Below are positions 59,848-64,000 of a stretch of 64,000 nucleotides of DNA, piece by piece. The stretch is taken from NCBI RefSeq assembly GCF_001447785.1, contig NW_015175470.1, forward strand, positions 2,545 to 66,544. The letters run 5' to 3'. The notes beneath the pieces were generated by a model that was not told the origin of the DNA, searched no databases, and saw nothing but the letters and a program-made list of their open reading frames with translations. Made by a program: the position numbers and the translations under genes. This DNA comes from Gekko japonicus. Taxonomy: Eukaryota. Within the stretch, counting starts at the first letter, position 1; each line of letters opens with the position of its first letter.

Positions 59848-61872
59848 CTAGGAATAAGGCCTGTTGTGGAAATAAATACAACGAGATCTAGGAAGAGGCT
59901 CTGGGAGAGTGCTCCGGTTTTGGGGCAAACAGTGTCAATTTGCTGTGGTGACCTCAGCAAGGTATAATGACAGAGTCCACTGTCATTATCAGTTCAGAGG
60001 AACTGATCTCTGCTACCTGAAGAGCAGTTGTAATTTTAAGTGGTCTCCAGCCCTCACCTGGAGATTGGCAACAATTGTTACCCAGGGTGAAATGGCTGGT
60101 TTGGAGGGTGGAGTCTATGGCATTCTGTCTGAGGTCCAACCCCTCCTCAAACCCCACCCTCTCCAGGCTCCACCCCTCAAATCCCCAGGAATTTGCCAGC
60201 CTGGAGTTGGCAACCCTATCTCCTTTCCAGCTAACCATCAACCTGCCATTATCTGCCCCTTTGACTTCAGCTGACGTCTGCCCTACCTTCTGCAGAGCAG
60301 TTGTAATTCTGAGTGGTCTCCAGCCCTCACCTGGAGATTGGCAACAATGGTTCCCCATGAGGGACTGGTTGGTTTGGAGGGTGGAGTCTATGGCATTGTA
60401 CCTGTCTGAGGTCCCACCCCTCCTCAAACCTCACCCTCTTCAGGCTCCATCCCTCAAATCTCCAGGAATTTCCCACCTGGAGCTGGCAACCCTATCAGGA
60501 CTGGCCCCAATGTGTTTTCTCCCAAAGGCCAAAATAGGTGACAGGACGAAGCTTAGCTGCCTACCAACAGGCACTGAGGGGAAAGTAGGATTGCCAGCTC
60601 TAAGGAGGGAAATACCTGGAGATTTGGAGGGTGGATCCTGTGGAGGGCAGCATTGGGCGGGGGGGCGGAAGGACTCAGCAGGTATTATGTCATAGGGTCT
60701 ACCCTCCAAAGCAGCCATTTTCTCCGGGGGAACTGATCTCTGTCATCTGGAGATCAATTGTAGCAGTGGGAGATCTCCAGGTCCCACCTGGAGATTGGCA
60801 ACTGTAGGGGAAAGTCAGCTGCACAGCAGGGGGTTGAAGAGAATGGTTTGATGGCTGCTGGGCCAAGATTGGCAACAATAGTTCCCCAGGAGCAAATGGC
60901 TGGTTTGGAGGGTGGAGTCTATGGCACTGTACCTGTCTGAGGTCCCCTCACCCTCTCCGGGCTCCACCCCCCAAATCTCCATGAATTTCCATACATTAAG
61001 CTAGCGACTTTATCTCCTCCCCTCTCAGCAGCCTCTTTCTAGGCAAAATTCTGTCTTTCTCATTAGTGGGGAGCAAAACAGCTTACTTCATTCTCTTCGA
61101 CTTTGCGATCTTTGCAGCAACGCTGTAAAGTAGGTTAGGCAGAAAGTCTGTGGCTGGTCTGAAATCACCCAGGCAGCTTCCATAGGGATGCTCCTGCTGA
61201 ACAGGAGCAAGCAGCCAGGGCTAGTGATGCCATGCCAGTCTGGAGGCATGAAGTCACTCTGAGAGTGCTTGCAGGCTTAGGGTTGCCATTGCCAACAAAG
61301 TCAAATTGATGCAAAGGAGGATGGAAAAGTCTCCATATCTCTATTTTGCCTTAAATTGGTTTTGATGCCAGCAGAGTGAGAAAATGCCAAAGGCTCTGGG
61401 TGGGTGCCCCATGGTAAATGCACCAAACAATTCCTAAAGATTTTCCAAAACACTACTCTGTCGATAAATCGTTTTCTACACTCACAGCATCCCCTGCCAG
61501 AATGCAACACATCCAGTGTTCCCTCTAAGCTGAGTTAGTGTGAGCTAGCTCACAGTTTTTTAGCCTCCGGCTCACTGATTTTTGTCTTAGCTCAGAAAGG
61601 ATGGCTCGAGAGCAAACTAATTCACGCAGCAGCCAAATCACTTACTCACAACTTTAATGCTAGGAGCTCACCAAGTAGAATTTTTGTTCACAGGACTCCA
61701 CAGCTTAGAGGGAGCCTTGAACACATCCCCAGCACCAAAGCTTTAAGAGCTCTCCAGCTGTCACCTGGAGATTGGCAAAAGCTTGTTTGGAGGGTGGGGT
61801 CTATGGCATTGTATCTGTCTGAGGTCCCCCTCTTCCTCCTCCTCAGCCCCCACCCTCAGCAGGTTTCTCCCA
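59848..61872 (-). mobile_element. Helitron 3' end and body, inverted relative to 43953-46812; 5' end not found in window
   Basis: A|CTAGGAATAAGGCCTGTTGT...ACAACGAG at 59848. Reverse complement of ~45790-46812. The family's rearranged-MITE junction recurs to ~61870. Right boundary is uncertain. Confidence 0.7.
61514..61719. mobile_element. hAT MITE (family copy 3)
   Basis: Same element, with 8-bp TSD AACACATC. Confidence 0.9.
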
Positions 61873-62164
61873 GATGTACGGTTTCTATCGACTCTGCTGT
61901 CTTTTAAATGTACAAATGTCCCATTGTTTTGTAGTTACTTTTCTTGTGACAGGTCCTGGAAAGGTTTATATGCTTTTAAGATAATGTTTCAATGTAAAAA
62001 AGAAGAAACTTATAAATTGAACATTCTACATGCATATGTGGTATAATTGCATGAAAAACCACTTGTCTAGATGCTCCCCAATGCACATAAACAGAAAACA
62101 GATGATATTGCGATGACTTTTTGGTAGCTTTTGCAATAATTACAGTGAGATTTTCTGTCTTCAG

Positions 62165-62365
62165 TTTGCATTTATGTCAACAAGCAAGCTAATGTGGGGC
62201 CATATCTTGAAAGAAAGAAAGTACAGCAACTTCCAGACCACTTTGGGCCTGAACGGCCTTCCATGGTGCTACAGCAGGCAGTTCAAGCATGCATTGACTG
62301 TGCACACCAGCAAAAGACAGTCTTCTTGCTTGTCAAGCAAGGCTATGGAGGCGAAATGGTGTCAG
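62165..62365 (+). CDS. SCML4: Internal coding exon of Scm polycomb group protein-like 4 (first half of SLED domain)
   Basis: Acceptor TTTTCTGTCTTCAG|, donor TCAG|GTAAG, 201 nt, phase 1-1. Encodes (V)CIYVNKQANVGPYLERKKVQQLPDHFGPERPSMVLQQAVQACIDCAHQQKTVFLLVKQGYGGEMVS. KQAN.GPYLER, GPERPS and KQGYGGEMVS fit SCML4 rather than SCMH1 or SCML2, from recalled sequences. Confidence 0.85.
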
Positions 62366-63151
62366 GTAAGATAGTGGAAAAACATTTAGTGATTAAAATA
62401 CAGTCTGCTCTTACAACTGTTAACACAGTCCTTCATATCTTAAGCTAACCTTTCAGCCAGTTGTCACTGATAAAAAAATCAGTCATGTGTGCTGCAGGAT
62501 TGTAGAGGCCGCTCTTGGGATGTTGTAATATAATCCCTTCTGTATTTTTCTCTCCTTTGTAAACAAGTGAACGGATTATGTTCTTCAGATGTGAGCAACT
62601 GACAGTTCCAACTGTCTTGCGGGCGGGGAGGGGGAGATTGAGGTGTGGAATGGAGTAAAGTCCAATCAGCTTCCATATGCAAATGACCTTGAAACGCTGG
62701 CCCAATCTGAGAAGAGTGGCCTAGGCTGCAGTTGGTGGGAGAGAACTCAAGCTGGCGGCAGCCGCTGACTTGCCTCCCTCTCCACATGGACCAGGAACAC
62801 TCCCACCTGAAGACGCAGGCACAAGCAGCTCGGCCACTGCTCTGTCCTGGGGTTTCCTGCGCAATTCCATCCCCTTACCTGGGTCCCCTTGTGTCTACTG
62901 GCGACTCTTTGGGGAAGGGGGGAGGCGCTCAGTTTCCTCGCACTGTTTTCCCAAGCTGAAATGGCTGTCAGAAGTCCCTATTTGCCCCATTGTGAGACTT
63001 CACATGCTGTAACCTGCTTTTGAAAGGGGAGAAAAGATATAGTTAACTGTCAGAATAATTGAGCAATGAAACCAATTCTCTGGGGCATCAGTGGAGTCTC
63101 TTCCACTGACGTTTTCTTGTGAAAAAATGGTTAAATAAGTAGAAAGACTTG

Positions 63152-63519
63152 GGTCCCAGTCACACTGGCCAGAGAACGCAGGGGGGTGGCGTGGCTTTTT
63201 GCTCTGCCGCACTTGTGACCCGGCCGAACGCGATCAGACGCAACGGCAGGGAATCGGGGGTAGCATTTTGTCGGCGCATGTTTCCGGTGCACTTCATGCG
63301 GAGCTGGAGCGATCAGATGGAGGACGTCCATCTGTGGGCCGTCGCAAGCGGATAATACTGGTGTTTCTGCAGTAGCTTTGAACTACGGATCTTCAGCGGG
63401 ATGTGATGGCTTGCCAACGGGTGCACGACGCTTGCCAGATGTGCTGGTGTGATCACGCCCGTTAAATCCACCCAGCATCTGTGAGTATCCCGCGGGAACT
63501 TCTGTGTATGATCGGAGCC
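63152..63519. mobile_element. Harbinger-like MITE, CpG-rich
   Basis: Imperfect TIRs GGTCCCAGTCACAC / GTATGATCGGAGCC with 3-bp TSD TTG. Confidence 0.6.
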
Positions 63520-63536
63520 TTGTTTTGTTATACTGG

Positions 63537-63937
63537 CAGGGGTCATTTCCTGCAGGAGCACACAGGAGCAGAGCTCCAGCAGTAAAGAGCCCAGGGTGCA
63601 GGCACATGCAACAAGCCCCATCCCCTGCTCCCAGGAGCCCTCAGTCAGAGCAAGAAGTAGCCTGGTAAGATGCGGAGGTCCCCCCCAACCCCCGGTCCAT
63701 AACAGTCCAGTTGCACCTTTAAGTCCTAGTTTTATTCAAGGAAGAGCTCTTCCTCCTCTGTGAGGGCAGATCTGCACGTCCCCCCCCCCAATAGCCAGCA
63801 CTCCAAAACAGTTCAGTGGAGCCCGAGCAGTGGGTGTTGCCTTCTGACACACTTCCGGTGATGTCAGGGTGTGTGGCATATGCAAATAAGTTATGCTAAT
63901 GTGCTCCTGCACCTCTTTTTCTACTAAATGACCCCTG
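63537..63937. mobile_element. Non-autonomous hAT-like element
   Basis: TIRs CAGGGGTCATTT / AAATGACCCCTG with 8-bp TSD TATACTGG. Confidence 0.9.
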
Positions 63938-64000
63938 TATACTGGGTTCTGCCCTAATGCAGGGTGGTTAACTTTGATGTCATTTCTGAGAGAATCCTTA

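Overview
This is eukaryotic DNA from a squamate reptile, probably a gecko, judging by the SINE, MITE and L2 repertoire. It is a draft assembly with three N-gaps. The window holds a + strand cluster of group-gamma (OR14-like) olfactory receptors: five intact single-exon coding regions (about 5.0, 20.1, 30.0, 39.3 and 48.2 kb), one fragment pseudogene (about 1.0 kb) and one truncated 5' tandem duplicate (38.8 kb). The first two genes lie in an ~11 kb segmental duplication (unit A ~2.2-13.3 kb, unit B ~15.9-25.6 kb), so filled and empty transposon sites can be compared directly. Those comparisons reveal a family of non-autonomous Helitrons (5' TCTCTCCTTATAT..., 3' hairpin + CTAG, inserted between A and T with no TSD). 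One copy is split and partly inverted at the duplication junction. Another runs to within ~290 bp of a lone SLED-domain exon of SCML4 (62165-62365), whose neighbouring exons I could not find, so this may be Helitron exon capture. Other points of interest are orphan OR promoter/exon-1 cassettes with dead splice donors, start-codon turnover in the duplicated ORs, two competing splice acceptors at the fourth OR, and a 107-bp duplication flanking a LINE. Everything was read by eye; repeat family names come from recognition, not database searches.
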